In this document: positions 8,682-18,860 of the stretch, piece by piece | Numbering within the stretch: the first letter of the stretch is position 1 | How the letters are laid out: each line of letters starts with the position of its first letter | From: an uncultured delta proteobacterium | GTDB taxonomy: Bacteria > Myxococcota > Myxococcia > Myxococcales > Myxococcaceae | Assembly (NCBI GenBank): GCA_963713045.1 | Contig: CAVQKE010000006.1 | Span: 288,001-352,000 of the forward strand | Reading direction: 5' to 3' | Length of the DNA stretch: 64,000 bases | Notes under the pieces: model-generated | Seen by the model: only the letters and a program-made list of their open reading frames with translations | Databases searched by the model: none | What the model was told of the DNA's origin: nothing | Program-made: the position numbers and the translations under genes

Positions 8682-9946
8682 GGCCAGCCCTGCTTCTTCT
8701 GGGCCTGGTGTCCGGGGCCGCGGCCAGCGCCGACGACACGACGATGAGTTTCGAGCAGTACCTCTCCAGGGTGGGCTCGGCCAACCTCGAGCTGGCCGCC
8801 CAGAAGCTGAACGTGCCCATCGCCGAGGCCCAAATCTCTCTGGCCCGCGTCTTCCCGGAGCCGGTGCTTTCAGCCGGGGTGGGCTCGGTCGACCTGAGCA
8901 ACGTCGGCTCGCCCATCAGCTACGACGTGGGCTTGTCGCAAACCATCGAGATTGGTGGCAAGCGCGGCTCCCGAGTCGAGGTGGCCAAGGCCGGGACGTC
9001 CCAGGCGATTAGCGACCTCGAAGACTTCTTCCGGACCCTGCGCAGCAACTCGACCAGCGACTACATCGACGCGCTCTACAGCCGCATGGTGCTGGAGCGC
9101 AAACGCAAGACGCAGGCTGGCTTTGCGCGCCTGGTGGCCGTCAACGCCGAACGGTTGCGGGCCGGCGACATTGGACAGGTGGCTTACTTACAGTCCCGGG
9201 TGGAGGCGCAGCGCTTCGTCAGCGAAGTGTTGGCCGCCGAAGGGACGGCGGAGAGTGCCCGCCTCGCGCTTGGGCTGAGGCTGGGCCGCTCCGCCGTCGC
9301 CATTACCCCGTCCGGCACGCTCGACATTCCCAGCCGCTCCTTCGAAGCAGACAAGCTGGTGCTTCGGGCCCAGGCGGCGCGACCGGACTTGGCGAGCAAG
9401 CGCTATGCGGTGGAAGTGGCTGAGGGCAAGGTGCACCTGGCCCACGCCAACCGCTGGGAGGATTTGACCCTCAACCTCGGCTACATCTACACCGCCAGGG
9501 GCAGTCAGGCCTTCGCCCAGCCCCCCTTCAGCGCGCTGACCTTTGGCTTTTCCATCCCCTTGCCGCTGGCCCGCATTTACAACGGCGAACTGGATGCGGC
9601 GGAGGCCGGCAAAGCCCAGGCCCTGCTGACGCTGCGCCAGGGCGAACTGGCCGTCGAAGTGGACGTCCGCCAGGCACTGGCCCGCTACACCGCCGCGGTG
9701 CAGCGGGTGGACCTCTTCACCGGCGGCGTCCTCACCGACGCCGACAAAGTGGCCGAGGCCACCTTCTACAGCTACCAGCGCGGCAGTGCGACGCTGCTGG
9801 AAGTCCTCGACGCCGAGCGGACGGTGAATGAGGTGTACTTGGACTACTTCGACGCGCTTTCGGAACATGCCAAGGCCCTGGTGGCAGTGGAGGCCTCGGC
9901 CAACCTGTGGGACGTCCACTTCGTCGACAAGCCGTCGTCACACTGA
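8678..9946 (+). CDS. TolC/CzcC-family outer membrane efflux protein
   Basis: Signal peptide; LSQTIEIGGKR; YQRGSATLLEVLDAER; ATGA overlap. Confidence 0.92.
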   Translation: MRPALLLLGLVSGAAASADDTTMSFEQYLSRVGSANLELAAQKLNVPIAEAQISLARVFPEPVLSAGVGSVDLSNVGSPISYDVGLSQTIEIGGKRGSRVEVAKAGTSQAISDLEDFFRTLRSNSTSDYIDALYSRMVLERKRKTQAGFARLVAVNAERLRAGDIGQVAYLQSRVEAQRFVSEVLAAEGTAESARLALGLRLGRSAVAITPSGTLDIPSRSFEADKLVLRAQAARPDLASKRYAVEVAEGKVHLAHANRWEDLTLNLGYIYTARGSQAFAQPPFSALTFGFSIPLPLARIYNGELDAAEAGKAQALLTLRQGELAVEVDVRQALARYTAAVQRVDLFTGGVLTDADKVAEATFYSYQRGSATLLEVLDAERTVNEVYLDYFDALSEHAKALVAVEASANLWDVHFVDKPSSH

Positions 9947-10026
9947 AGCGATGCTGCTTCGGCCGTGGTAGGAGAGCCTTCCAATTTGCCCCCGGGGGGC
10001 TTGGGGACATTCCTTGGGGAGAGGCC

Positions 10027-10887
10027 ATGGACTGGGAGGAAGGGCGCCGCAGCGACAACGTGGAGGACCGGCGCGGCGTCGGCCGGCCGGTGGCCATCGG
10101 CACCGGGGTGACGCTGTTGGCGCTGCTGCTGGGGTGGGTGTTCGGCGTCGACCCCTCGCAGCTGCTGGCCCTGTTAAGCCAGACGGACTCTGCCCCGGGC
10201 AGCACGTCCACCTCCACCGCCCCGGTGAAGGGCAGTCCGCAGGAGGAGCGGCAGAAGGACTTCGTCTCGGTGGTGCTGGCCAGCACCGAGGACACCTGGA
10301 CGCCACTGTTTGCGGCGCGCGGCCTCCGCTACGTCCCTCCCAAGCTGGTGCTTTTCCGCGGGGCGGTCCAATCGGCCTGCGGCCTCGCCCAAAGTGCATC
10401 CGGCCCCTTCTACTGCCCGTCCGACGACCGCGTTTTTTTGGACTTGTCCTTCTTCGATGAGTTGACACGGCGCTTTGGCGCGCCGGGGGACTTCGCCCGG
10501 GCTTACGTGGTGGCCCACGAAGTGGGGCACCACGTGCAGAAGCAGCTGGGCATTTTTTCCAAGGTGGACGCGCTGCGCCAAGGGGCGGACCGCGCCTTCG
10601 CCAACCAGCTGTCGGTGCGGCAGGAGCTGCAGGCGGACTGCTTCGCCGGAGTGTGGGCCAACCAGGCCAACCGGCGGGGGCCGCTGCTGCAGCCCGGGGA
10701 CATGGAAGCAGGACTGCGGGCTGCGGCCGCCATCGGGGACGACACCCTGCAGAAGCGCGCCCAGGGTTACGTCGTCCCCGACAGCTTCACCCACGGCACT
10801 TCGCAGCAACGGGTGGCGTGGTTTGGCCGCGGGCTGAAAGAAGGCAAGCTGGAGGCCTGCGACACCTTCGCGGCGGCCTCACCGTAA
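10027..10887 (+). CDS. Neutral zinc metallopeptidase, YpfJ family
   Basis: RRSDNVEDRR, GPFYCP, YVVAHEVGHHVQ, ELQADCFAG, SFTHG. Confidence 0.93.
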   Translation: MDWEEGRRSDNVEDRRGVGRPVAIGTGVTLLALLLGWVFGVDPSQLLALLSQTDSAPGSTSTSTAPVKGSPQEERQKDFVSVVLASTEDTWTPLFAARGLRYVPPKLVLFRGAVQSACGLAQSASGPFYCPSDDRVFLDLSFFDELTRRFGAPGDFARAYVVAHEVGHHVQKQLGIFSKVDALRQGADRAFANQLSVRQELQADCFAGVWANQANRRGPLLQPGDMEAGLRAAAAIGDDTLQKRAQGYVVPDSFTHGTSQQRVAWFGRGLKEGKLEACDTFAAASP

Positions 10888-10920
10888 AGGGTGGGCCTCC
10901 CAGGAAGGCGGTCCCCAGCC

Positions 10921-12525
10921 ATGGCCCCTCGGCTTGCGACGATGATGGACTTCCCGCTCACCCTGGACCGGCTGGTGGAGCGCTCGGCGAAGCACTTCGC
11001 GCAGATGGAGGTGGTGTCTCGTCGCCCGGACAGAAGCGTGCACCGCACCACCTATGGCGCGGTGTGCGCGCGGGCCTGGAGGCTGGCCGAGGCATTGGCC
11101 GGCTGGGGCCTGCGCCGGGGGGACCGCGTGGCCAGCCTGATGTGGAACCACGCCGCCCACCTAGAATTGTACCTGGGGGCGCCGCTGGCCGGTGGCGTGG
11201 TGCACACCCTCAACCTGCGGCTGCATCCGGACGACTTGGCTTACATTGTCCAGCACGCCCAGGACCGCGTCCTGTTGGTGGATGAAGTGCTGCTTCCCCT
11301 CCTCGAGAAGTTTCGCGACCGCGTCAGCTTGGAGAAGGTGGTGGTGGTGCCCTCCGCGGGCGGAGGGGAATACGAAGCGCTGCTCGCCACGGCCACCGGC
11401 CGTTGGACACCGCCGGTGCTGTCCGAGGGGGACGCCGCCGGCATGTGTTACACCTCCGGCACCACCGGGCAGCCGAAGGGCGTCGTCTACAGCCACCGCA
11501 GCAACGCCCTGCACGCCTTCGCCGTCGCGCTGGTGGATGGCCTCGCGCTCAGCCACCGGGACACGCTGTTGCCGGTGGTGCCGATGTTTCACGCCAATGC
11601 CTGGGGGCTGCCGCACGCGGCCACCATGGTGGGCTGTAAGTTGGTGTTTCCCGGGCCCCACCTGGACGCGGTCAGCCTGTTGGAGTTGCTTCAGTCGGAG
11701 GCGGTCACCATCGCCGCTGGCGTGCCCACGGTGTGGATGGCCATCCTCGAAGCGCTGGAACGGGAGCCCGGGCGGTGGCAGCTGGCCCCTGGGCTGCGGA
11801 TGGTGGTGGGCGGCTCGGCCGCGCCGGAGTCGATGGTGCGCGCCTTCGACCGGCACGGGCTGCAGGTGGTGCACGCCTGGGGGATGACGGAAATGTCCCC
11901 GGTGGGTTCGGTCAGCCAGCTGGGGCCCGAGGCGCCCAGCCTTTCCGAGGATGAGCGCTACGCGCAGCGCACCCGCCAGGGCCGCCCGTTGCCTTGGGTG
12001 GAAGTTCGCGCCGTCAGCGAAGCCGGGGAAGTACCGTGGGACGGGGAAACGCCGGGCGAGCTGCACGTGCGTGGGCCCTGGGTGGCATCGGAATACTTTG
12101 AAAACGACGAGGCCGGCGACCGCTGGACAGAGGACGGCTGGTTCCGCACCGGGGACGTCGTCACCCTGGACGGCTCAGGCTCCATCAAGGTGTGCGACCG
12201 AACGAAGGACTTGATTAAGTCCGGTGGGGAGTGGATTTCCAGCGTGGAGTTGGAGAACCGGCTGATGGGGCACCCGGCGGTGAAAGAAGCCGCGGTGGTG
12301 GCCGTGCCCCACCCCAAGTGGTGCGAGCGTCCGCTGGCCGCGGTGGTCCTGCGGGAAGGGGCCAGGGCAAGCCCAGAGGAGCTGCGGGACTTCCTGGCCC
12401 CGCACTTCGCCGCCTTCTGGCTGCCGGACGCCTTCGTTTTCCTGGACGCCATTCCCCGCACCGGAGCGGGGAAATTCCTGAAGTCCGCGCTGCGCGAGCG
12501 CTACGCCGGCTGGACCTGGCAGTGA
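10921..12525 (+). CDS. Long-chain fatty acid--CoA ligase
   Basis: YTSGTTGQPKG, WGMTE, WFRTGD, DRTKDLIKSGGEWISS. Confidence 0.93.
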   Translation: MAPRLATMMDFPLTLDRLVERSAKHFAQMEVVSRRPDRSVHRTTYGAVCARAWRLAEALAGWGLRRGDRVASLMWNHAAHLELYLGAPLAGGVVHTLNLRLHPDDLAYIVQHAQDRVLLVDEVLLPLLEKFRDRVSLEKVVVVPSAGGGEYEALLATATGRWTPPVLSEGDAAGMCYTSGTTGQPKGVVYSHRSNALHAFAVALVDGLALSHRDTLLPVVPMFHANAWGLPHAATMVGCKLVFPGPHLDAVSLLELLQSEAVTIAAGVPTVWMAILEALEREPGRWQLAPGLRMVVGGSAAPESMVRAFDRHGLQVVHAWGMTEMSPVGSVSQLGPEAPSLSEDERYAQRTRQGRPLPWVEVRAVSEAGEVPWDGETPGELHVRGPWVASEYFENDEAGDRWTEDGWFRTGDVVTLDGSGSIKVCDRTKDLIKSGGEWISSVELENRLMGHPAVKEAAVVAVPHPKWCERPLAAVVLREGARASPEELRDFLAPHFAAFWLPDAFVFLDAIPRTGAGKFLKSALRERYAGWTWQ

Positions 12526-12531
12526 GGCTGC

Positions 12532-13995
12532 TTACTGGGGGTCAAAGGTGCCAGCGGCATTTTCGAGAGCCAGCACCCCCAGCTCGGCATTCAGCGTCTC
12601 TTGAATGAGGGTGAGTTCGGCCTCGTCGAGGGAAGAGATGGCGTCTTCTTGTTCGAGGTAGGTGGCCGCCCCGGCCTCGGTATTAATCCGAATGAGTTGG
12701 AGGTTTTCCCGGGCCAGCTGCACCTGCTCTGCAGCCTTGTCGCGGTTGGCGCGGGCCGACTCCAGTGCCAGCTGCGCCGAGTGCACTTGCTCCTTGGACT
12801 GCAAGTCCAGCGACTGAGCGCTCGCCACCGCGGCGCGCTCATTGGCCTGTGCCTCGCGTAGACTGGCCTCGCGCAAGCCACCGTCGAAGAGGGTCCAGTT
12901 GAGGCCGACGCTCCAGTACCAGGTGTTGCTGAGGCCGGTGAAGCCGGTGGCGTTGCTAATCATGTAGGAGCCGCTGAAGGCAATGGTGGGCAAGTAGCTG
13001 AGCCAAATGCTGGTGGTGTTGGCGGCGGCCGCGTCGGCCTGCGTCTTGAGGGCCTGGACGTCCGGACGCTTCATGGGGGCCGTCTCTTCCAGGTGTTCCA
13101 GCTCGCGGGGAAGCACCGGTTCGGGCGGCAAGTCCACTTCGAAGTTCGGGCTGCGCTCGAGGAGGATTGCCAGGGCCGCCTTGGAGGAGGCATAGGCGTA
13201 GTTCGAGGCGCGCAGCGACTGCTCGGCCTGCGCCTTCCCAATCTGGGCGCTGAGGAGGAAGATTTTATTGACCGAGCCAGCGTTGAACCGCACCTCGGCG
13301 TCCTTCTCCCGGTAAGTCTGAATGTCCAGCAGCTGGGCTTGGACCGCCGCCGCTCGGCGCAGCCCAGCGGCGCTGTAGTACTGCTGGGCCACGCCGAAGA
13401 GGATGTTTCTCCGGGTGTTCTCCAAGGTGAATTCCGCGGCGCGGGCGGTGAGGGTGGACGAGCGGATGGAAGCGATGAGCGAGAGGGCGAGGAGGTTTTG
13501 GCTTCCGTGGATGTTGCCCTGCCACTGGTTCTCCTCTTGCACCACAATCTTCTGGTACGTCGGCACGACGGTCAGCGCCGGGTTGGGCACCGTCCCGGGC
13601 AGGTTGGCCGGCGGCGGCGCGTAGTAATTTGTCTCCGGGACGCCCTGGCGGATGTACAGCCCGGTCGGCGCCGCGAACACCGCGCCAATGTTGTTGCGGG
13701 TGTAGCTGCCTTGAGCTGCCAGCTGGGGCAGGTAGCCGGAGGCCGTTTTCCAAACAGTTTCCTTGGCCGCCTGGTAGCGGGCAATGGCCGCCTTCAAGTC
13801 CAGGTTGCGGGTGCTCGCCTGCGCCAGGGCCTGCTCCAACGTCAACAGGGGAAGGCCCGCGTCCTTGGGCGGCACCATCGGGTCCGGCAGCCCCTTGGAG
13901 GAGAAGTCGAGCGGCGGCGGCTGAGTCTCCTTGGCAGGGGGCGGCGCTGAGGTTTGGCTCAGCACCAGCAGGACTGCGACGAGGGGAAGAGTCAT
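12532..13995 (-). CDS. TolC-family outer membrane protein (stand-alone)
   Basis: Signal peptide; LTLEQALAQA..RNLDL; RPDV; LNWTLFDGG; two OEP repeats. Confidence 0.88.
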   Translation of the reverse strand: MTLPLVAVLLVLSQTSAPPPAKETQPPPLDFSSKGLPDPMVPPKDAGLPLLTLEQALAQASTRNLDLKAAIARYQAAKETVWKTASGYLPQLAAQGSYTRNNIGAVFAAPTGLYIRQGVPETNYYAPPPANLPGTVPNPALTVVPTYQKIVVQEENQWQGNIHGSQNLLALSLIASIRSSTLTARAAEFTLENTRRNILFGVAQQYYSAAGLRRAAAVQAQLLDIQTYREKDAEVRFNAGSVNKIFLLSAQIGKAQAEQSLRASNYAYASSKAALAILLERSPNFEVDLPPEPVLPRELEHLEETAPMKRPDVQALKTQADAAAANTTSIWLSYLPTIAFSGSYMISNATGFTGLSNTWYWSVGLNWTLFDGGLREASLREAQANERAAVASAQSLDLQSKEQVHSAQLALESARANRDKAAEQVQLARENLQLIRINTEAGAATYLEQEDAISSLDEAELTLIQETLNAELGVLALENAAGTFDPQ

Positions 13996-14227
13996 TGTCT
14001 AGCGTCCTCCGATGGAGTCCCAGGGCTTAACCCTCGGCCCAAGGCGCGTCGTGCTTAACTGCGGGGGTCAATGTAGTCACCAGTAACTTGCAGCCCCGGC
14101 CGCCGGAACTGGGACGCGCTGGAATTTGTGCCACAAGGTGCTGCAACCTTCTGCTTTCAGGAGGAAAGGCGCCCGGCGTGGGCCGCCCTTTCCCCCCGGC
14201 AGTTGTCGCATCCCCCGGAGGAACCCC

Positions 14228-14905
14228 ATGTCCCAGCTTTTCGCGGCCGACGGCACGCCACTGCCAGGCTTCCTGGAAGACGGGCCGGGCCCCGGTGCCC
14301 CGGCCATCCTCCTCGTCCAGGAGTGGTGGGGATTGAACGAACAGATGAGAGGCGTCGCACGCCGCCTCGGGGCGGAGGGCTTTCAGGCCTTCGCGGTGGA
14401 CCTCTACCGCGGCAAACTGGCCAAGGACGCCACCGAGGCGGCTGCCTTCGCCCAGGCCCTCGACGCCAAACGCGCGCTCGAAGACTTGCATCGGGCCGTC
14501 CAGGCCCTGCTGCCGCGGTGCGCTGGCGCACTCGGCACGCTGGGCTTCTGCATGGGCGGCGCCTATGCGCTCGCCGCGGCAGCCCATAACAAGGAGGTGA
14601 AGGCGGCGGTGGCCTTTTATGGGATTCCCTCCCCCGCGCTGGCTGACGTCTCGCGCATTACGGCCAAGGTGCTGGGCCATTACGCCACCCGTGACACCCA
14701 CGTCTCCCCGGAGCGCGTCGACGCACTGGAACGGACGCTGCGCGCCGCGGGGGTCCAGGCGACGCTGTACCGCTACGTGGCGGACCATGCCTTTGCCAAC
14801 GACAAGCGCCCCGAGGTGTATGCGCCGGAGGCAGCCGAATTGGCCTGGCAGCGGACGCTCGCCTTTTTTCGCGAGGCGCTTGGCCCGTCGTCTGCCAAGG
14901 GCTGA
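14228..14905 (+). CDS. Dienelactone hydrolase family
   Basis: QEWWGLN, GFCMGG, FYG, HAFAN; SD GGAGG. Confidence 0.93.
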   Translation: MSQLFAADGTPLPGFLEDGPGPGAPAILLVQEWWGLNEQMRGVARRLGAEGFQAFAVDLYRGKLAKDATEAAAFAQALDAKRALEDLHRAVQALLPRCAGALGTLGFCMGGAYALAAAAHNKEVKAAVAFYGIPSPALADVSRITAKVLGHYATRDTHVSPERVDALERTLRAAGVQATLYRYVADHAFANDKRPEVYAPEAAELAWQRTLAFFREALGPSSAKG

Positions 14906-14992
14906 AGCGCCTTGTCACTGCGTCGTGGGGTGAGGGAAGCAGTAGGGTGTCGCTCCGAATTCCAACGTCCCAGCGAAGCGAGGGTTCCTCCA

Positions 14993-17011
14993 ATGCATGT
15001 CTCCTTCGTGCGTCGTCCGGCCTGTCTTCTCGCGCTCGGCTTCTCTCTCGGCGCCCTGGCACAGTCGGCGCCCGCGGTAGCTCCGCCGAAGCCGGCCTCG
15101 GCTGTGGCACTGATTCCCCGCGAGGTGCTTTTCGGGAACCCCGAGCGCACCGCGCCCCGCCTGTCGCCGGACGGCAAGCGGCTGGCCTGGCTTGCCCCGG
15201 ACAAGAAGGACGTGCTTCAGGTTTGGGTGAAGACGGTGGGCAAGGACGACGACACCCAAGTCACCCAAGACAAGCGCCGCGGCATCCGCCGGTACTTCTG
15301 GGCCGAGGACTCCAACACCCTGTTGTACCTGCAGGACTCGGACGGCGATGAGAATTGGCACGTCTATGCGGTGGACCTCTCCACACAAAGCGTCCGCGAC
15401 CTGACCCCGTACCAGGGCATTCGGGCGGAGCTGGAGGCCACCAGCCACAAGCTTCCCGGGCGCATCCTGGTGAGCATGAATTTGCGCAACCGGCAGAATT
15501 TCGACGTCTACCGGGTCGACTTGAAGACGGGCGCCTTGGAGTTGGACACCACCAACCCCGGCGACGTCCTGGGCTGGGCGGCCACCGACGACCTCTTCGT
15601 GAAGGGCGCCCAGGCGGCGCTTCCGGACGGCAGCACTGAAGTGCGGGTGCGTGACTCGGCGAAGGCACACTGGCGAGTCCTGGTGTCCGCGCCGGCGACG
15701 GAAAATTTAGAGCTGTACGACTTCAGCGCCGACGGCTCCTCGGCCTACCTTCTCAGCTCGCTGGGCCGGGACACGGCGCGCATCGTCCAGCGTTCGGTGA
15801 AGACCGGCGCCGAGAAGGTGGTGGCCGAAAGCGCCGCCTCCGACGCGGTGGATGTCTTCATCCATCCGACGAAGCACGTGGTGCAAGCCGTAAGTTTCGA
15901 CCCGGGCCTCCCCTTCTGGATGGTGGTGGACGACAGCGTTCGGCCGGATTTCGACGCCCTGGCCAAAGCCTCCCCGGGTGCGTTTCACATCGTCTCCCGG
16001 GACCGAGCGGACAAGAGTTGGCTGGTCGCCTACACCCTCGACCAAGGCGGTGTGCGCTTCTACCGCTGGGACCGCCCCTCCCAGAGGGCCCAATTCATGT
16101 TTGCGGCCCAGCCCAAGCTGGACAGCGCGCCCCTGGTTCCAATGGCGGCCGTGGAGTTTCCGGCCCGCGACGGGCTCAAGCTGCGGGGTTATTTGAGTCG
16201 GCCTCTTCACGCTGCGGGTCCCGGCCCACTTGTCCTCTTCGTGCACGGTGGGCCCTGGTCGCGGGACTTCTGGGGGTACAACCCGTATGCCCAGTGGTTG
16301 GCAAACCGCGGCTACGCCGTCCTGCAAGTCAACTACCGAGGCAGCACGGGCTTCGGAAAGGCATTCCTCCACGCCGGGGACAAGCAGTGGGGGAAGAAGA
16401 TGCACACCGACCTCATCGACGCGGTGGACTGGGCGGTGAAGCAGGGCATCGCCGACCCCAAACAACTCGCCATCATGGGGGGCAGCTACGGTGGCTACTC
16501 GGCCTTGGCCGGCGCCGCCTTTACCCCGGACGTCTTTCGCGCCTCGGTGGACATTGTCGGACCCTCCAACCTCCTCACCTTGTTGGCTACCATTCCCCCC
16601 TACTGGAAGGCCCTCAAATCCACCTTCAACGTGCGCCTCGGAAACCCCGACGACCCCAAGGACGCCGAGTACCTCCACGCCGTCTCGCCTCTCTTCTCGG
16701 TGGACAACATCCGCATCCCCCTCCTCATCGGTCAGGGCGCCAATGACCCACGGGTGAAGGTGGCTGAGTCCGAGCAGATTGTGGCAGCCATGCAGAAGAA
16801 GGGGCTCGCCGTGACGTACGTCCTCTACCCGGACGAAGGCCACGGCTTTGCCCGCCCGGAAAACAACATCGACTTCACCGCCAGGGCCGAGCTCTTCCTG
16901 CAAAAGTACTTGGGCGGCCGCGCCGAGCCGCTGCCCGGAGACCGAATTCCAGGCGCCACTGCGGTGGTGAAGGTGGTGGAGGCGAAGCCAGCGCCGCAGC
17001 TCGCCCGCTAG
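14993..17011 (+). CDS. S9-family peptidase, secreted
   Basis: Signal peptide; VHGGPW, NYRGSTGFG, GGSYGG, GANDPRV, DEGHG. Confidence 0.94.
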   Translation: MHVSFVRRPACLLALGFSLGALAQSAPAVAPPKPASAVALIPREVLFGNPERTAPRLSPDGKRLAWLAPDKKDVLQVWVKTVGKDDDTQVTQDKRRGIRRYFWAEDSNTLLYLQDSDGDENWHVYAVDLSTQSVRDLTPYQGIRAELEATSHKLPGRILVSMNLRNRQNFDVYRVDLKTGALELDTTNPGDVLGWAATDDLFVKGAQAALPDGSTEVRVRDSAKAHWRVLVSAPATENLELYDFSADGSSAYLLSSLGRDTARIVQRSVKTGAEKVVAESAASDAVDVFIHPTKHVVQAVSFDPGLPFWMVVDDSVRPDFDALAKASPGAFHIVSRDRADKSWLVAYTLDQGGVRFYRWDRPSQRAQFMFAAQPKLDSAPLVPMAAVEFPARDGLKLRGYLSRPLHAAGPGPLVLFVHGGPWSRDFWGYNPYAQWLANRGYAVLQVNYRGSTGFGKAFLHAGDKQWGKKMHTDLIDAVDWAVKQGIADPKQLAIMGGSYGGYSALAGAAFTPDVFRASVDIVGPSNLLTLLATIPPYWKALKSTFNVRLGNPDDPKDAEYLHAVSPLFSVDNIRIPLLIGQGANDPRVKVAESEQIVAAMQKKGLAVTYVLYPDEGHGFARPENNIDFTARAELFLQKYLGGRAEPLPGDRIPGATAVVKVVEAKPAPQLAR

Positions 17012-17043
17012 CGCCGGCACCGCCTCGGCCTTCGTTGGGGCCC

Positions 17044-18216
17044 TCAAGCCAGCAGTGTGACGGCGGTAATTTCCGGGGGGCTGCCGATGCGCATCGGCGG
17101 GCCCCAGAAGCCGGTGCCGCGACTCACGTACACGTGGCCCTCGCCCACCCGGTACAAGCCGGCCGAGTAACGGTAGGCGGCCTCCACCAAAAGCGTAATT
17201 GGAAAAAGTTGTCCGCCGTGGGTGTGCCCGGACAGTTGTAGGCCAATGCCCCGGGCCAGCGCTTCCTCCACGCCGCGCGGTTGGTGGGCCAACAGCACGG
17301 CTGGCCGGCTTGGGTCTCGCCCAGAAAGCGCCTTGTCCAAGTCATAGCCGCGCCCGTTGGGGACGTCCCGTTGGCCGTAGTCATCCACCCCCACCAAGTC
17401 CAGCCGTCCGCCAGCGTCCCCCAGCGTCACGTACCGGTTGCGTAGCACCTGGATGCCCATCTCCGTCAGGGCCTGGGCCCACTCCCTGTCGCCGGAGTAA
17501 TATTCATGGTTCCCGGTGATGAAGAAGGTGCCGTGGCGCGAAGTCAGCCCGCGCAGCGCAGACACCGCCGGGCCAAGGTGCTCCACACTGCCGTCCACCA
17601 AATCCCCGGTGACGGCAACCAGGTCCGGCCGCAGCGCGTTGCATCGCCGCACCAATTCCTCAAGGAAGGGCCGACCGAGGACGTCGCCGATGTGCAAGTC
17701 GCTCATCTGCACCAGGCGGAAGCCGTCCAGGCTGCGGGGGAGGCCGGGAAGGCGGACGGCCACCTCGCGCAACAGCGGCGGCTGGAAGGCCCGCCACACC
17801 CCGTAGGAGGCGGCCCCGGTGGCGACCGCCGAGGCGCCGGCCACCGCCACCCGAGCGAGGAAGGCGCGCCGCTCGGGGGCGAGGGGGGCTTGCCCCTGCC
17901 AGCGGCGCCTGGCGTCGCCCAGCCGAAGCAGCAGCCGGGAGGCGGCCAGCACCAGGCCGAGGTAGAGGGCCAGCCCCATCCAGCACCAGGCGGCGAGGGC
18001 CAGCGCGTCGCCGGCGCCGGAGTGCAGGCGGGTGGCCACCACGCGGGCGAAAAGAAGCAATAGCCCGAGGAAGGCCAACAGGATGGCGCCCACCCGGGCC
18101 ACCCGCGGCGAGGCGCCGGTGTCCCGGAAGAGGCGCCGGTACAGGTACAGGTGGCCGCCGCCCAGGACGGCTGTCACCACCAGGACGAAGAGGGCAATGC
18201 GAAGGGCAAACGGCAT
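17044..18216 (-). CDS. Membrane-anchored metallophosphoesterase (YkuE-like)
   Basis: N-terminal TM helices; SDLH, TGDLVD, GNHE, GHTHGGQ. Confidence 0.92.
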   Translation of the reverse strand: MPFALRIALFVLVVTAVLGGGHLYLYRRLFRDTGASPRVARVGAILLAFLGLLLLFARVVATRLHSGAGDALALAAWCWMGLALYLGLVLAASRLLLRLGDARRRWQGQAPLAPERRAFLARVAVAGASAVATGAASYGVWRAFQPPLLREVAVRLPGLPRSLDGFRLVQMSDLHIGDVLGRPFLEELVRRCNALRPDLVAVTGDLVDGSVEHLGPAVSALRGLTSRHGTFFITGNHEYYSGDREWAQALTEMGIQVLRNRYVTLGDAGGRLDLVGVDDYGQRDVPNGRGYDLDKALSGRDPSRPAVLLAHQPRGVEEALARGIGLQLSGHTHGGQLFPITLLVEAAYRYSAGLYRVGEGHVYVSRGTGFWGPPMRIGSPPEITAVTLLA

Positions 18217-18353
18217 GGGGGAAGGGGTACTTCAGCCCCAGCGGGGCAGGGTGCTGTCTGTCAGCGAAGGGCCCCGGGCGCAACCCGCAGTGTGTGGCCA
18301 CCGCCCCACCGTGGTGGGGAACCGGGCAAGCGGGGGCCCGGGCGGCGCGCGGG

Positions 18354-18755
18354 CTAGAAGAGGCTCGACAGGACGATGACGCCGCCCAGCACCATGGCAA
18401 CGACGCCCAGCGTCTGCCGGTAGGGGGTCAGCTTCCCCACCAGCTTGGTGAAGTTGTCGCGGCCGCTCGCGTCCTTCAGGAAGCTTTGAATGATGCCCAC
18501 GCCGAGCAGGAGCCCGAGGCACACCAGCAGCCCTGCAGTCAGCGCGTTCAGGAGCCAGGGTCGGTAGCGGACGCCGAGCACCAACAAGCCGAGGCGCCAG
18601 ACGCCCCAGACGACGGAAATCACGCCAATCCATCCCTGGTAGGGCTCGAGCGCCGTCAGCACCTTTCGCCCCTCCTCCCGACGCGCCAAGAAGGACGAGG
18701 CGCCAAGCGCGCCCAGCAGCACCAGCCACAGCCCTAAGAAGAATCCGAGTCCCAT
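18354..18755 (-). CDS. Hypothetical membrane protein (about 4 TM)
   Basis: Hydrophobic; internal repeat LEPYQ / LTPYR. Confidence 0.7.
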   Translation of the reverse strand: MGLGFFLGLWLVLLGALGASSFLARREEGRKVLTALEPYQGWIGVISVVWGVWRLGLLVLGVRYRPWLLNALTAGLLVCLGLLLGVGIIQSFLKDASGRDNFTKLVGKLTPYRQTLGVVAMVLGGVIVLSSLF

Positions 18756-18860
18756 CCCCTGAGTCGCCTCCTATGCCGCCCGCACTATGGGCATACGTCC
18801 CGGGGGAGACGCCATTTCCCAAGCGTCAGCGGGCGGCGCTCTGCTAGACCAGCCGTCGGT

